Assembly: GCA_964016885.1 (NCBI GenBank)
Contig: OZ024741.1
Coordinates: forward strand, 284,642,001 to 284,706,000
Direction of reading: 5' to 3'
Length of the DNA: 64,000 nucleotides
Origin: Eledone cirrhosa
Taxonomy: Eukaryota
Part shown: one piece after another, positions 27,213-41,365 of the stretch
How positions within the stretch are numbered: the stretch's first letter is position 1
Layout: each line of letters opens with the position of its first letter
The notes under the pieces: generated by a model
Seen by the model: only the letters and a program-made list of their open reading frames with translations
Database searches by the model: none
Told to the model about the DNA's origin: nothing
Translations under genes and position numbers: made by a program

Positions 27213-27600
27213 TGGTGATTTCCGGTCGGGATATTACTGACAGGATTCTCTCTCTTCACCAAGTTGTAAAGAAGGTTCGTGAAAAGTACCAGGAACTGTT
27301 CATGGTCTTTGTTAATTCGTCACTTTCAATCACAATGCTCCCTGGAAAATCCTCAAAAGCTTGGCATATGCTGAATCTTATTATGCTTTTCACGAGGGTA
27401 TGAAAGCATAATTACGTCAAATGGTGACTGCCTTGAATCCTTTTGTGTCACAAACCGTACGAAGCAGGGTTGTGTCATGGCTCCTGTTTTGTTTGCTTTG
27501 TTCTCCTCAGTAATGCTCCAGTATGGATTTAGTGACTTAGACACTGGTGTGGAATTTGAATTTCGTACATCTGATGGGTTATAGAACCATCAGACATCCG
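27213..27600 (+). pseudogene. Degenerate RTE-like RT fragment
   Basis: SGRDITDRILSLHQVVKKVREK..LFMVFV; KQGCVMAPVLF. Confidence 0.75.
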
Positions 27601-28736
27601 AGCAAAGAAGGAGGCCTACGAAACTTGGCTAGGCAATAAGTCCTCCTTCGTGCACTTGCAGAACAAATAGGCACAAAATGTCACGACAGAGACAGTAAAG
27701 GTGTCCAAAGTTAAGACATAGGAGGACATTGTGATTTAAGGTGGGATTCAACTTACTTCAGATCAGAGAATAAAGTGTTCTGGCAGACCATCCGCTGACA
27801 TAGTAAGAAGTCCTCCTCCACACCTACTATAGGGAACTCGCCTGGAGATCTTCTCTCTTCGAAGTGGTGTATCCTCAAGAGAATAATTTGCTGATATCCT
27901 AAACCCGGTTACAACAGCATCTTCTGATGTATACGAGATGCATCTGGTAGCGATGATTAATCTCTTGGAGGCTAATGTCACAAGAGCAATTAAAGACCTA
28001 TTAATTTATATAGAGATCCTGAAAGGATGAAAAGCAAAGCTGGTCCCGACAGGATTTGTACTTAGAACGCAGTATGCCAGAATAAATACCGAAGCCTTTT
28101 TAATGAGAAACGCTAAATATTCCATCATAACTAAACACTACTAAACCCTCTACAATGGCTCTCGACAATTTCTACGACTTCCATCGAAAATATCACCGAT
28201 GGTTTCTAGTTTAGACTCCGGACCAGAAAATTAGGTTGAGGGGAAAATGGATTATATCGACCTAGTATTTTAATGGTACTTTATCTTTCGACCACGGAAG
28301 AATGAAAAGCAAAATTGATAATGGCAGGATTTGAACTGCAATGCATTTGTCCGACTATCTAAACATCCGTCCTAATGAGAATCATGATATTAATAATACA
28401 AAAAGGGACGGGGGATTGGTAGTATCGGTAGAGGGTCGGACGCCATGCTTTGCAGCATAGAGTTTGACCCTTTACGTTCTGAGATCAAATCCCGCCGAGG
28501 TTAACTTTGCCTTTCATCCTTACGGTGTCGATAAAATAAAGTACCCGTCACGCACTGGGATAATTGCTAGCCTTGTGCCAAAAGTAGAAACAATTAATAA
28601 TACATTAAATGCTTTATGGATAACGAAAGAGAAAACGAACGATAGACCAAAGTAAAATGGTAGAATACAAACATATACATACACATGCACGCACACAAAT
28701 ACATATCTATATACATATATAAGTACACACACATAC

Positions 28737-28769
<33 letters not shown>

Positions 28770-28839
28770 CACATGTAAATTCACACACACATATACAAAC
28801 ACACACACACACAGACACACATAATATATATATATATAT

Positions 28840-28875
<36 letters not shown>

Positions 28876-29113
28876 TATATGTGTGTGTGAATTTACATGT
28901 GTATATATATATATATATATATATAACGAAGGAAATGTGGTAAGGAACCAGGTGGACCATAACGCACCAAAGTACTCAATACTTTAGGTAGTAGAGTGGG
29001 TAATAGGAACCAGTAAGACCCCGACGGCTGAGCTCAGGCCGTTACGACGGCTAATTCTGGACTAAATTAGCCGTCGAAACGGCTTGAGCTCAGCCGTCGG
29101 GGTCTTACTGGTT

Positions 29114-29193
<80 letters not shown>

Positions 29194-29228
29194 TAACAAT
29201 TCCTTTGTTATATATATATATATATATA

Positions 29229-32200
29229 GGGAGAAAAAAACGATTATTAGGAAGAAAAATCTTTTTTTTTCCTTATTTTTTTCTCTTTTTTTTCTGGGTT
29301 CGAAAATGTTTAAAACAAAATATTTTACTTTGTGTAGAAGGGTTAAGGTATTAGTTAATTTATTTATTAATTAACAATAGCATTGATTTATTTATTTATT
29401 AATTTATTTATTATCAATTACCGGTTTCACCATTTTATGCATTATCAAATCATGAGAGAAAAAAAGGGGAATTTGTATTGGTTAAGGTGATATTGAACAT
29501 GTTATTGAAATGGGAAAGAAAGAATAATATTATTTACAAACAAGGTTTTTGAGTAAAAAAAAGGGTAATGTGGAACATGATAAGGTGATGTGAAAGAAAG
29601 AATAATATTTACAAGCATTGTTTTTTGAGGATAATCAGTTCAAAAAATGTTATTATGGCACAATCGCTTAAAGAAGTTGATCCTTGAATGTCCGTCTGGG
29701 ATTGGATGTGTTTTCCCTTTTTAAAGAATTAATATGCAGGGGGAGGTAATTCAGGGTGGTCAGGTAGGAGAAAGAGAGGAGAGAGGGTAATTCATTTATA
29801 TAAGAAAAAAGATTAGGTAGGGTGTTAGGGAGGTAACTCTTTAGAGAACGTAGGGCTTTAGGACTATGGTTCATTGTTCGTTCCAGTTTTAGTTTAGTCC
29901 GAAGTTTAGTCCATTAAGTAGAGGTTGGAATTTGTTAACGAAGTACGTTTCCTTATTAGTACGATGGATGAAAGAAGCGTTGTCTATGAATTTGTAAATG
30001 GGAAAAATTCTAAAGTTTGGTAGTTGGTTAGGTGCACAATTCGCAATATTTTCACTAAAAGCAATCTTTTTGTATTCCTGTATTTTGATTTGTGATCTAT
30101 GGACGGTCATACGTTGTCGGAGGCTGTTTTTTGTCTGTCCTATGTAGCGTTCTCGACAACCTGAGCTGGTCAAAACATAGATTAGGTTTTCAGATGCACA
30201 TGTAAATTTGTATTTAACTGTGAACTGTTGTCCTTGTTTAAAGTGGAATGTTGAACCTTCTATTAGATTTATGCATATACCATGTATTCTTTTTACAGTG
30301 GGATTCATTGTGAGGGTTGGTTGTATTTTGGCTTGTGTGAGGATGTTTTTCATGAATTTAGGTTGTCTTTTGCTCTTTATGATGTGTGTTTGGAGGATTT
30401 TATTCATTCTTGGGTCTCTTTTTAGTAAAGGAATGTTCTGGAGGATGGTGTCGAATGCCTCATTGTTGAGGGGGTTGTGTGTGGAGCTGTATGGTAGAGT
30501 TTTCTGTTTCGGTTCAATCCTGGGTTCGGGGTGTCTGAGTTCCTGGATGTTGAGTTTTAGGGCACGCTGGAAACCATTGTTGGTTAGGGATGGTGGGTAG
30601 TTTCTGCTGATGAGTGGGTTCTTTAATTCTTCTAGTCATGTGTAGCATGTGTATTTATCTGAAACTATTGTGCAGATCCTTTTGGCTAGGTTAAATGGAA
30701 TTGCCATTTTGGTATGGCGAGAGTGGCACGAGTTAAATGGAAGATAATGTTTGGAGTCTGTGGGTATATGTCTGTTTCTATTTTGTTATTTGTTTTCTCG
30801 ATGAGGATGTCAAGGAAAGGGAGTTGTTCATGGCTGTATTCCATTGTAAATTGTACGTTTGTGTTGAGTCCATTTAGAAGTGTTTTAAATTCAATCAGTC
30901 TTTCTATACGTTCATGCCAGAGGATGAAGCAGTCGTCCAGATATCTCTTCCAGTTTTTTTCTATGTGTAGGTGGAAGTGGTTTCTGTATTTGTCTAGAAC
31001 TTTTCGTTAGAGAGTAGTTTCCAAATATCCCATGACAAGGTTGGCGTATGAGGGGGCTACTTTCGTGCCCATGGCAGTCCCAGATTTCTGTCTGTAGTAT
31101 TTGGCATCGAAATCGAAGAAGTTATTTTCCAAGATGAATTTGAGGCCCTCGATCACAAATTCTTTAGGGATGCGCTGTGGAAGTTCATTAGAGAAGTTTT
31201 CAAGCCAGAATTGTATTGCCTCTTTACCTAGGTTGTGTGGGATATTGGAATTCAGATTGATGACATCAAAGGTTACTAGTAGGGTATGTTCATTATTGAG
31301 TGTTGTTGGGAGGTGGTTGAGCATGTCAAGGTCGGCCCTTATGAAGCTTTTTATGTGTTTTAGGAAAGGTTTAAGCAGAATATTTAGGAAGTTTCTTAGG
31401 CGGTGGGTTTCACATGTGGTACCTGCTATTATGGGTCTTAATTTGAGGTCATCAGGAGGGGGGATATTGATGTAAATGCCTGTGGATTCCTTGCAGGCCC
31501 TGCCTATTACTTCGCTTTTGTGTATCTTTGGGATACCGTAGAAAAGGCTGGTTCTGCTTTTGAAATTGGTGATGTAGTTGTATTCCTTGTCGGTAAGGCC
31601 TTCTTTGTAAAGGGTCGTTAAGGATTTTAGGTTTCTCATTATTTTCTGTTGTGTGTAGTATTGGGCCTTTTCGTATTATGTTTGGTTTTCTAGAGTTGAG
31701 AGTACTAGAGTTGTGTAGTAATCTGTCCTCATAAGGACTACTGCACTCCCTTTATCTGCCTCTTTGACTGTTAGGGTTTTGTCGTTCTTTAGACTGTTAA
31801 GTCCATTCCATTCTTTTTTGCTTAGGTTGGGTTTTTGTTTATCTCTGTGTAGGCGGTGGTATGGGTAATTAGTAATGTGTTCTCAGAATTGATTGAGGAA
31901 TTTGTTCTTGTCTTTTGGTAGGGTGTAGTTGCTTCTATTTCTAGCTATTGAGTCATCCTCATTGTATTTGTCCTATAGTTGCTCGCTGAGTCTTAGTTTT
32001 CTACAGAATTCTGCAATATCTTCCTTCATTTCGGGGTAGTTTGGCCGTTGAGGAGTTGGTGTACATTTCAGACCTTTGGAGAGTATGTTGATTTAGTCTG
32101 TTGTTAATTCTTTAGAGGTTTAATTAACGATTTTTATTACCTTTTGTGTCTCCTGTGTCTTGTGTTATCTTGTTACCCTGTGTCTGTGTGCTGTGTCTAA

Positions 32201-33455
32201 AAAATGACTACGGAAGTTGTGGTGGCTGTTGAAGTTTGGATGTCTCTTATGGTTGTATTGACCGCTGTTGTTGTTGTTAGAGGGTGTGTAGCTGTGGTAG
32301 TTGCTGACGTTAAGTTGTATCGTGTGGTTGTATTGAGTCCTGCTGTTGTTGTAGGGTGTGTAGATTTGGTGGATGTTGTTATAGGGTGTGTAGTTATGGT
32401 GGTTGTTGAAGTTAGGTTGTATCGTATGGTTGTATTGAGCCCTGCTGTTGTTGTTGTAGGGTATGTAGGCTTGGTGGTAGTTGTAGTAGGGTTGTCTCGT
32501 GTGGTTATATTGAGTCCTGCTGTTGTTGTATTTTGTGTAGTTATGGTGGTTGTGGTGGTTAGGTTGTCTCGTGTGGTTGTATTGTCCCCTGCTGGTGTTG
32601 TTGTAGGAGGAGGGTAGATTAGGGCTTCCTTAGAGTTGGTGTGTGGTTGTGAGGCCCTATGTGGTATGTGTGGTAGTTGTGTATTTTGGGTTCTATATTG
32701 AAAGTAATTATGGTTGTGGGTTTGTTGTGTGGGGATGTTAGAGGGGTTGTAAGAGTGGGGGTTTCTATGGTATCTCCTGGTGGGAGAGAAGTTGCAGTGT
32801 CTATCTTTTAGCTGATGTTTCTCTATTACTATATTTGTTGCAGGGGAATCCGTGTGGTAGCTATGTAGTGGGTGTAGGAGGTAGGGGCGAGGTGATACCT
32901 TCTTTTTTGGGGTATGTAGGGAGGTGTTGTCTTTTTTGTTGTTGTTGGTTGTTGTGTGGTGTTTGGGTGGTGATTGGGTTTTCTTGTTATTTGGGTTTTA
33001 ATGAAGGGGTTGTTGGGTGTGTTTTCTATTTGGAAAAGTGTTTCATAGTTAGAGAACCAGGTTACGTTTATTTCCCAACGTTGAAGGGATTCTAATTGTT
33101 CCTTATTACAGTACTCTAATCATAGTTTTGAAATATTTTCTAGGGTGAGGTCTTTGGTTTTATTGATAATTGCTTGATTAATCTCATCGTCGATTGATTT
33201 GATCCTATCTTCATTTGCTTGGGCTCTCAATTTAAGTAGTTTAATTTCGGTTTTCATGTTATCAAGTGCCATTCTTTCCTCGAGACGTCTTTGTGTCTCG
33301 GGTTCGTTTGGGATGGATTTAATTTGTAGTTGCGGGGAAGGATTAATGGGGATGAGTTAATCCATTTTTCATAGATCTCTGCTTTGTTATTATTTTGTAT
33401 CATCTTCCAAAATGAGAATTTCCTGTTTTTAAGAGATGTGTACCATTATGGTATT
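29229..33455 (-). mobile_element. Near full-length but disrupted Penelope-like element (Neptune-like RT + linker + GIY-YIG), with decayed HHR at 29415-29452
   Basis: LSKGLK.TPTP, KEADKG, YGIPKIHK, LRPII, TFDVINL, QKSGTAMGTKVAP, RYLDD, PFLD; FTCASENLIY..C..YIGQT. 3' motif TTGATAA..GAAACCGGTA. (TA)n at both ends. Confidence 0.92.
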
Positions 33456-33467
33456 AATTATATATAC

Positions 33468-33513
<46 letters not shown>

Positions 33514-33549
33514 TATATATAAAAATTGACACACGCATATACACACACA

Positions 33550-33580
<31 letters not shown>

Positions 33581-33704
33581 AAACAAAATTTAATATAGAA
33601 ATGGCTTCTACAGGACTAGAACTGTTTCATACCGGAAATTATATATGCTTATATATGCTTGAAATAACAGGAGGCCGGGCTGGTAATATCCCTTTAAATA
33701 TCGC

Positions 33705-33755
<51 letters not shown>

Positions 33756-34515
33756 TTAATACATTAACAGAGAAAGCATTAAACGATACTCCGACCGACT
33801 CCCATCTCACTTAACAAACATTAGGATATACCTGAGTATAATCCCAATTATATGTTTCTAGTGCTAACTATATTGTATTTTGTGGATAGCCGGTTGTATT
33901 ATTTTATATGAGACATAATTAAATAAATATCTCTTTCCATACGATCGTTTCGTTATAAGTTTTCTACAAATTGGGAAAATAATGTCCAGGTTATGTAGAA
34001 GCTTGCATATAGTCCATAGGTATACATACAAGTGGATACTTATAATTCATCAGTGGATGCCCACATATTTATTTATTTATTTAGTTATTCCTGCTTCCTA
34101 ACTACTGCTCGTATCTGTGTATACATTTTTGAGTGCATATATATCTGTGTATATGTATGTGTATGTATTTATGTTCCTGTAGACGCAAATACGCTTATGT
34201 GAGAAAGTGTACGTCTACGTACTTTTTAGTATATGCGCGTAGTTGAGTGTGTGTATGTTTACGTTCTGGATATTTATATTTTTATATATATATTTTTTAT
34301 TTTTTTCCCCTATTTCCTTTTCGCCCGTTTTTTTCAGCCTTACTTTCATATTTCCTAAATTTTGTTTTCAAATCCATATTTAATAAATACACCATGTTTT
34401 TTTAATTCATTCTGACGACTGAAGACAGACACAACATCTGTCTTCAAGAAACCACTGGTAAATGAAATAATAATCTTATGTTGTTTATTACATAACATAA
34501 TTAATAAATAAATAA

Positions 34516-34555
<40 letters not shown>

Positions 34556-34639
34556 TGCTAACCGTAACGGCTGAGCTCTGATCCTCAACGACCCACGAAA
34601 GGCCTCTCTAGACCTAGTCAGTGTTATAAAGGGGCTACC

Positions 34640-34960
34640 CGCAACTGTAGTGTATGAATGACAACAACCTTTCTGTAGTAACTTGCATTCAAGAACATCA
34701 TTTTGTACAATTTCACTTTGATTCAGAAACAGTTGTTCAGAATCTTGGATCTACAATTCTTTTCACTGCATTTACTGTTCGAAATGACAGTGACGCTTCC
34801 GTTTACGGTGCGGTCGTTTCTATTGACTCAAAGCATCTAAGTATGCTTTTTTCAGACAAGAAGATGGATGAGCGCATCGTTTTTGCTACATTTATGGGAA
34901 ATCTAAAGACAGTGGTGATTCCTCGTTACTTTCACATGGCAGTTGCCTTTCATCATAACA
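34640..34960 (+). pseudogene. Degenerate LINE APE endonuclease fragment
   Basis: VTCIQEHH ... ERIVFATFMGN..TVVI. Confidence 0.55.
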
Positions 34961-35005
34961 GTAACGCAAAGGGTTCGATTGAATCGACCTCCGCCCATAT
35001 ATATA

Positions 35006-36384
35006 TCTATCATCATTCTCTATAAAAGGCAGAATGTTGTTGTTGTGTGTGTGCATGTTCCATGTTTATACATTTGCACAATTTCAAACCGCTTCGACTC
35101 AAAGTCTGTAAGAATGTTGTAAATGGTCTAACTTAGGCCAATGACTATTTATTTATTTCAAAATCACCCACAATTACGGAAATAATCGATAAAACTAAAT
35201 ACAATACAATGGCACACGTTTAGTCGTTAAGTCCTTAGCTCTCAATCTGATTAAGGCCACGATAATCACAGGGTGTGGTTGGGGCAAGATTGTGCTCATA
35301 CCGAGGATGCATCTTTTCCCATCAGGAGCAGACCTACCTTTCACATTTCGGAGGTCCCAGTTCCTGGTTAGGCCATGCTTCGCAATGTCAATTAACAAAG
35401 CGCAGGGGAAAACACTGTCTGTCGCGGGAATACATTTGGGGGAGCCGTGTTTCTCTCATGGTTAGCTTTACGTTGGCTGCTCGCGTGTTGGCAGCAAGAG
35501 TGATGATTTCGCGTTCGTTCCGCAAGGAAAAACAAAAGACATTGTGTACAAGGAGATTTTATAGGATTACCTCGATTCCTAATTTTATAACTTTTTATTT
35601 TTTTTATTTCTGCCTTGTCGTGAGTACTTTCTAAGTAGGTTAACTTTCATTGCAGTGCACTGGACACTCCCCACCACCGGCCGTACAAAGGCTGATTCTC
35701 GCGGCGTTACAAAGCTGCATTGCAACTCCGACCCTACCCAAATATCAGCCGTTGCTCCTCACCAACCCCCGTTTGGTGGGCCTCGGAGGACCGTGGACAG
35801 GTTAGTATTTCACCTCCGTACGACTCTCAAACGGTGAACAATGCTTTAATGACGGGATTTACATTTTTAGGCGGTTCCCTGCAATTACTTTACACTTCAC
35901 CAACACCTGGCCTCCGCTCAGCTCTATTTCCCTCCCTCCGTCGGCACAGCAGCAGGCTCATCTTCTACGTCCGACGTACATGATGCACCAACCATACAAT
36001 GATCCCTCTTCCTCTATTTTGGTTGTCATAATTCGACAATGTTTTTCAGGCCCCTGTTTGCGGTTCCCTCACTCCACCCCCTCCCCGTTAAAACATGTCA
36101 TGCAGAACAACTCCATCGCAGCTCTGTTGTTCGGTTGGCATCGTCTACGCGCTTGTTGCGCAAGTACTGTGGAACAATAAATTTCAACACTTCTTTGCAC
36201 AGAGATAATATCCATAGGCGAAACTACAATTGTCACTGCTGGTGCAGCTCCTGCTTCGGCAGTCCAGGTCTGCAATTCATTCACCCAGTGCCTGGCAGAC
36301 AAAAAAGTGATGCCATAAAATGGGTGGTGCAACCTAACTTTGGTAACTTACTGACCCCGAGCAACGCCGGGCTTTAATGCTAGT
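35006..36384 (+). mobile_element. Internally deleted Helitron retaining the Pif1 helicase C-terminus (about 35205-35565)
   Basis: NGTRLVV..IPRMHLFP..PFTFRRSQF.VR.CFAMSINKAQGKTL..FSHG*LYVGCSRV, read by hand (not in the ORF track). 5' TC start; 3' hairpin CCCG(agcaacgc)CGGG followed by CTAG|T. Confidence 0.88.
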
Positions 36385-36461
36385 ACATATATATAAATCA
36401 TACAAAGTTGGAATTCCTTTTATTAATATAATCTTCTATACACAATCATACACACCCATGT

Positions 36462-36575
<114 letters not shown>

Positions 36576-37048
36576 GGTGTCCCCCCAAAAGGTACACACA
36601 CTTTAACAGCATTCTAATAAATATTTAGAGAGTTGGATGAAATAGTATTTCGTTACGGCCCTCTACATTCTGCTTTCAAATCCCTCCGATATCAATTTTG
36701 CCTTTCATCCTTCCGAGGTTGATAAAACAAAGTAACAATAAAGTTCTGGGGACAGTATAATCGACATTTACTTCCTCTCTCCAAGGTGGTCCCCTTGGGC
36801 CTAAATTAGAAACTATCGTAGCTATTTTTATGACGAAAGGAGAAATTGTTTGCTGAAACTTTTAATCTGTGCTAATAATAAATAATACATTGGTTGAGAA
36901 TATGCCTCTTTATTATATATATATAGAAATAGCTTCTAAATGGCCAGAAATGTTTCATATGAAATATCAATACAACCATTATTGCGTCTTCTCTGCATTT
37001 TAGTCTTTGTATTTAATGGTATTTACTATTATAACTATATGTATGTGA

Positions 37049-37094
<46 letters not shown>

Positions 37095-37299
37095 TCATAT
37101 ATATATATATAGGAAAATGTATGACCCCGACGGCAGAGCTCAAGCCGTTTCGACGGCTATTTCTGGACTGAAATAGCCGTCAAAACGGCTTGTGCTCTGC
37201 CGTCGGGGTCATACATTTTCCCATTACCCACTCTACTACCCTAAGTATTGAGTACTCTGGTGCGTTATGGTCCATCTGGTTCCTTACCACAACTCCTTC

Positions 37300-37388
<89 letters not shown>

Positions 37389-37476
37389 TATATATATATA
37401 TATATATATCATATATATATATATCGGAGTTTAGCTTTGAACTATCTCTGTTATTGTATTAAATATATCATATATA

Positions 37477-37521
<45 letters not shown>

Positions 37522-37654
37522 CACACACACATATATATGTATATATATGTGTGTGTGTGTGTCTCTCTGTGTATCTAATCGTCAAGGTTTGCCCCCTTCT
37601 TTTGGGGTCTCGGGATACGCAATCAAGAAAACAAAGTGCCACGTGAGGTGCATC

Positions 37655-37970
37655 TAGCAGCGAAGCCTAATCTCTCGGAAGCTGAGGTCACTGGGAAGGA
37701 TTAAATCCGGTCCAGATATTAAAAACCTTAAATAGAGAGGCTATTCTGTGGCTGACTCGTGTGTGTCAGGTGGCCTGGATCACTGAAAAGGCACCTAAGT
37801 AATGGCAATTGGGAGCGATAATACCAGTTTTCAAAAGGGGAGACAAGAGAGATTGCTTCAGTTATAGAAGAATTTCCCTGTTAAGCCTGCCCAGTAAAGT
37901 TTATGCTAAGTGTCTGGCAAAGAGATGTAGGGAGATTGTCGAGTCCAATCTAATTGATGAACAGGGTGGT
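37655..37970 (+). pseudogene. Degenerate LINE RT fragment
   Basis: IIPVFKRGDKRDCFSYRRISLLSLPSKVYAK..EQGG. Confidence 0.75.
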
Positions 37971-37985
37971 CCATATATATATATT

Positions 37986-38016
<31 letters not shown>

Positions 38017-38238
38017 TTTTTTATTAGGAACGATCGACTTTCGTCAAATCGGACCGAGGAAACAATGTTTCCGTTGGTCTTTCTAATTGCTAATACTATC
38101 TATCGGTCGCAACTCCAGGTAGAAGAAGCAACGTGAAATAAAGTGTCTTGCTCAAGGACATAACGCATCGCCCGGTCCAGGAATTGAACTCACAACCTTA
38201 CGATTGCGAATCCAATTCTCTAACCACTCAGCCACACG

Positions 38239-38351
<113 letters not shown>

Positions 38352-38451
38352 TATATATACATTATATATATATATTATATTATATATACATTTTATATAT
38401 ATATATATATATACATGTATACATATGCCACTTTATTTATTAAATAGTCAC

Positions 38452-38514
<63 letters not shown>

Positions 38515-38558
38515 CATATACGTGTATATATTAAAAAGTGACTCTTGCGGGAGTAGGT

Positions 38559-38631
38559 GCGCGCATGTATTTAATGAAGAAATCGGAAGAGCCAATTTAG
38601 TTCCGTTTTCTTCATTAAATACATGCGCGCA
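38559..38631. repeat. Inverted repeat (about 25-bp arms); adjacent TA-centred palindrome at 38446-38542
   Basis: TGCGCGCATGTATTTAATGAAGAAA / TTTCTTCATTAAATACATGCGCGCA. Confidence 0.8.
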
Positions 38632-40079
38632 TGCACACATACTCATATAATACTCAAATAAAAAGCCATGCACCCACACAATCTCACGTACCGCCATCAG
38701 GGTATATACACTCTTTCAGATGTAAATATGCAATAAGAGAGTCATACATACACATACATACACACACATTGATACTCATACATTTACAAACACAGGTTAA
38801 CACACAGACAATGTGTCAAGCCCACAATCAACACACACACACACACACACAGATACACACTTATAAATACATATAAACACAAGTAAACAAAAATAGAGAG
38901 TCACGCCTACACACAGAAACTCATTCTCATCCTATCCACATACGCATGACCATGCAAAAACATGACCATGTACACATATCTTCCTATACTGTCCACAGTG
39001 GTTGACTTACACACACACATACATACCATACGCGCATACATATATGCATACATACATTTATACACCACATGCATACATGCGTAGTCTTATTAGTTACACA
39101 TACATGCATACATACAGGAATGTATACATATATCTTCACATGTATATGTTCATACGTATATACATACAAACATGCATAAGTATACACATAAAAACAGCCA
39201 ATAAACAGTCACACATACTACTATACAGCACATGAGTTCAAATCCTGTCGAGGTTAGCTTTGCCTTTCATCTTTACGGGGTCGATAAAATAATGTACCAG
39301 TCACAAACTGCGTCGATTTACTCGACTTTCCTTTCCCCAAAATTGCTGGTGTTATGCTTAAATGAGAAACCGTTATACCATACATACAAACAAATATATG
39401 TACACACCGTTATACACACACAGCCCACAATCAGCACTTTACATGCTAAAACAAAAAAAGGAAACCGAAAAACTTTCGTTGACTTCTCTTTAAAATTAAT
39501 TCAAGTTTCCGTTATCGAACCCTACCTATTTAAATGTGCCCCTTACGTTGAAAAAAATAAGATGTCGGACATACACACATATCAATATATATATATACAT
39601 GCACATATGCATACATAATCGACAATTAGTAAATGAAAAAAAAAATCACTGAATTCTTTTTGAAACAATCTAAAGTTTACGGTACCTAATTATAATCAAA
39701 GATATCGCTTATTTTTTTGAGACGGGAGGGTGTCGTACTTAAATCCATATGCAAATATACATACACACATACACATACAATAAAAAAAATATGTATTAAA
39801 AAAATCGAATTAAATTCACTGACCTCCCTTTGAAATAATTTAAAATTTCCGGTACTGAATCGTAATCAAAGATGTCCTTTAGTTTGAAATGGGGTAAAGT
39901 GTCGTCTGCTAATATAAGAAGTGAGAGAGAGATGCGATGCTTTGGACGTCTGTTGTTTATATGTGCTTCAACTTGTATATTTGTTATAGAGTATCGAGCG
40001 CAGCAGGAAACGTAGCGTCTATATGTAGCATGAGAGTGTTAGAGTGGAATTAGAATAGATAGGAACAGAGCGAGCGAGC

Positions 40080-40152
<73 letters not shown>

Positions 40153-40524
40153 GGTGAGGAAAGGAGAGAAACAGAGGGAGAAAGAGAAGGGAAAAAAGAG
40201 AAAGAAACAGAATGAGAGAGCGGTTTAAAGAGAGAGAAACAGAGTGAGAGAGAGTAAGAGATATGTTGAGTAGCATAATTAGTGGGTGAGTGAATGAATC
40301 AGAGAGAGAGCGAGAGAAAGAGAGAGAGAGAGAGAGAAAGGGAAAGTGAGAGAAAGAGAGACAGAGAGAAAAGGGAGAGATAGTTGGGGAAAGAAAAAGT
40401 GGTAATAGTGTGGTAGATGGATATTATATATATATATTTATACACACATATATACACACACATACACACACACACACACACATATATACACACACATACA
40501 CACACACACACACACATATATACA

Positions 40525-40587
<63 letters not shown>

Positions 40588-40660
40588 AGATCAAAAGATG
40601 GTTAAAGGAGTTCCAAGTATATATATATTCCAAGTATATATATATATATACACCCTGATT

Positions 40661-40691
<31 letters not shown>

Positions 40692-40700
40692 AATAAGGTT

Positions 40701-40747
40701 TTTCCTGATGATTTCCTTCGAATGAAACAGTTCTAGTCATGTAGAAG
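40701..40747 (+). ncRNA. Hammerhead ribozyme, slightly decayed; related fragments at 33600-33640(-) and 45454-45507
   Basis: TTTC-CTGATGA-tTTC(cttc)GAAt-GAAA-CAG(..)aTG-TA-GAAG; the 33.6 kb copy restores CAG/CTG in stem III. Confidence 0.65.
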
Positions 40748-41213
40748 CCATTTGAATATTAAATATTTGTACTCTACTATGTATTGAGTACCTTACTTAC
40801 TGTGGTTAGGCCCCAATTGAACCCGGGATACACACACATACACACACACGCACCCCCCCCCCCCACACACCACACACACACATAGATATATATATGAAAA
40901 GAGTCAGGACCCCGACGGCTGAGCTCCGACCGTTCCGACAGCTAGAGCCGAACTCTTACGGTCCACCTGGTTTCTTACCACACTTTCTTTGTTATATATA
41001 TATATAGACATTTAGAAAAAAAAAAGAGGGGGGGAGGGGTACAAATAAAAATAAAAATAAACTTGAAGATAAACAAGCGGTGAAAGGGTGTAGGGGTGGT
41101 GGCAGGTGGAGTAGGGAGAGGGAAGGTGGTGTTTGTGTATGTGTGTAGGTGTACGTGCGTGTGTATGTGAATGTGAGAGTTGGGGGAAGAACGAGATTCC
41201 ATGTTTAGGAAAA

Positions 41214-41365
41214 GGTGTGTGCGTGGGGTGGATTGTAGATCGGTGTGTGCGTGGGGTGGATTGTAGATCGGTGTGTGCGTGGGGTGGATTGTAGGTCGGT
41301 GTGTGCGTGGGGTGGATTGTAGGTCGGTGTGTGCGTGGGGTGGATTGTAGGTCGGTGTGTGCGTG
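41214..41365. repeat. 28-bp minisatellite, about 5.4 copies, inside a G/T-skewed TA-flanked segment (about 41010-42597)
   Basis: GGTGTGTGCGTGGGGTGGATTGTAG(A/G)TC. Confidence 0.9.

Noticed and set aside
39640-39910. Diverged ~170-bp direct duplication
   Set aside because: An old local duplication with no ribozyme or coding signal seen.
41214-41365. CRISPR-like 28-bp repeats
   Set aside because: The repeats are contiguous with no spacers, there are no cas genes, and the context is eukaryotic; this is a minisatellite.
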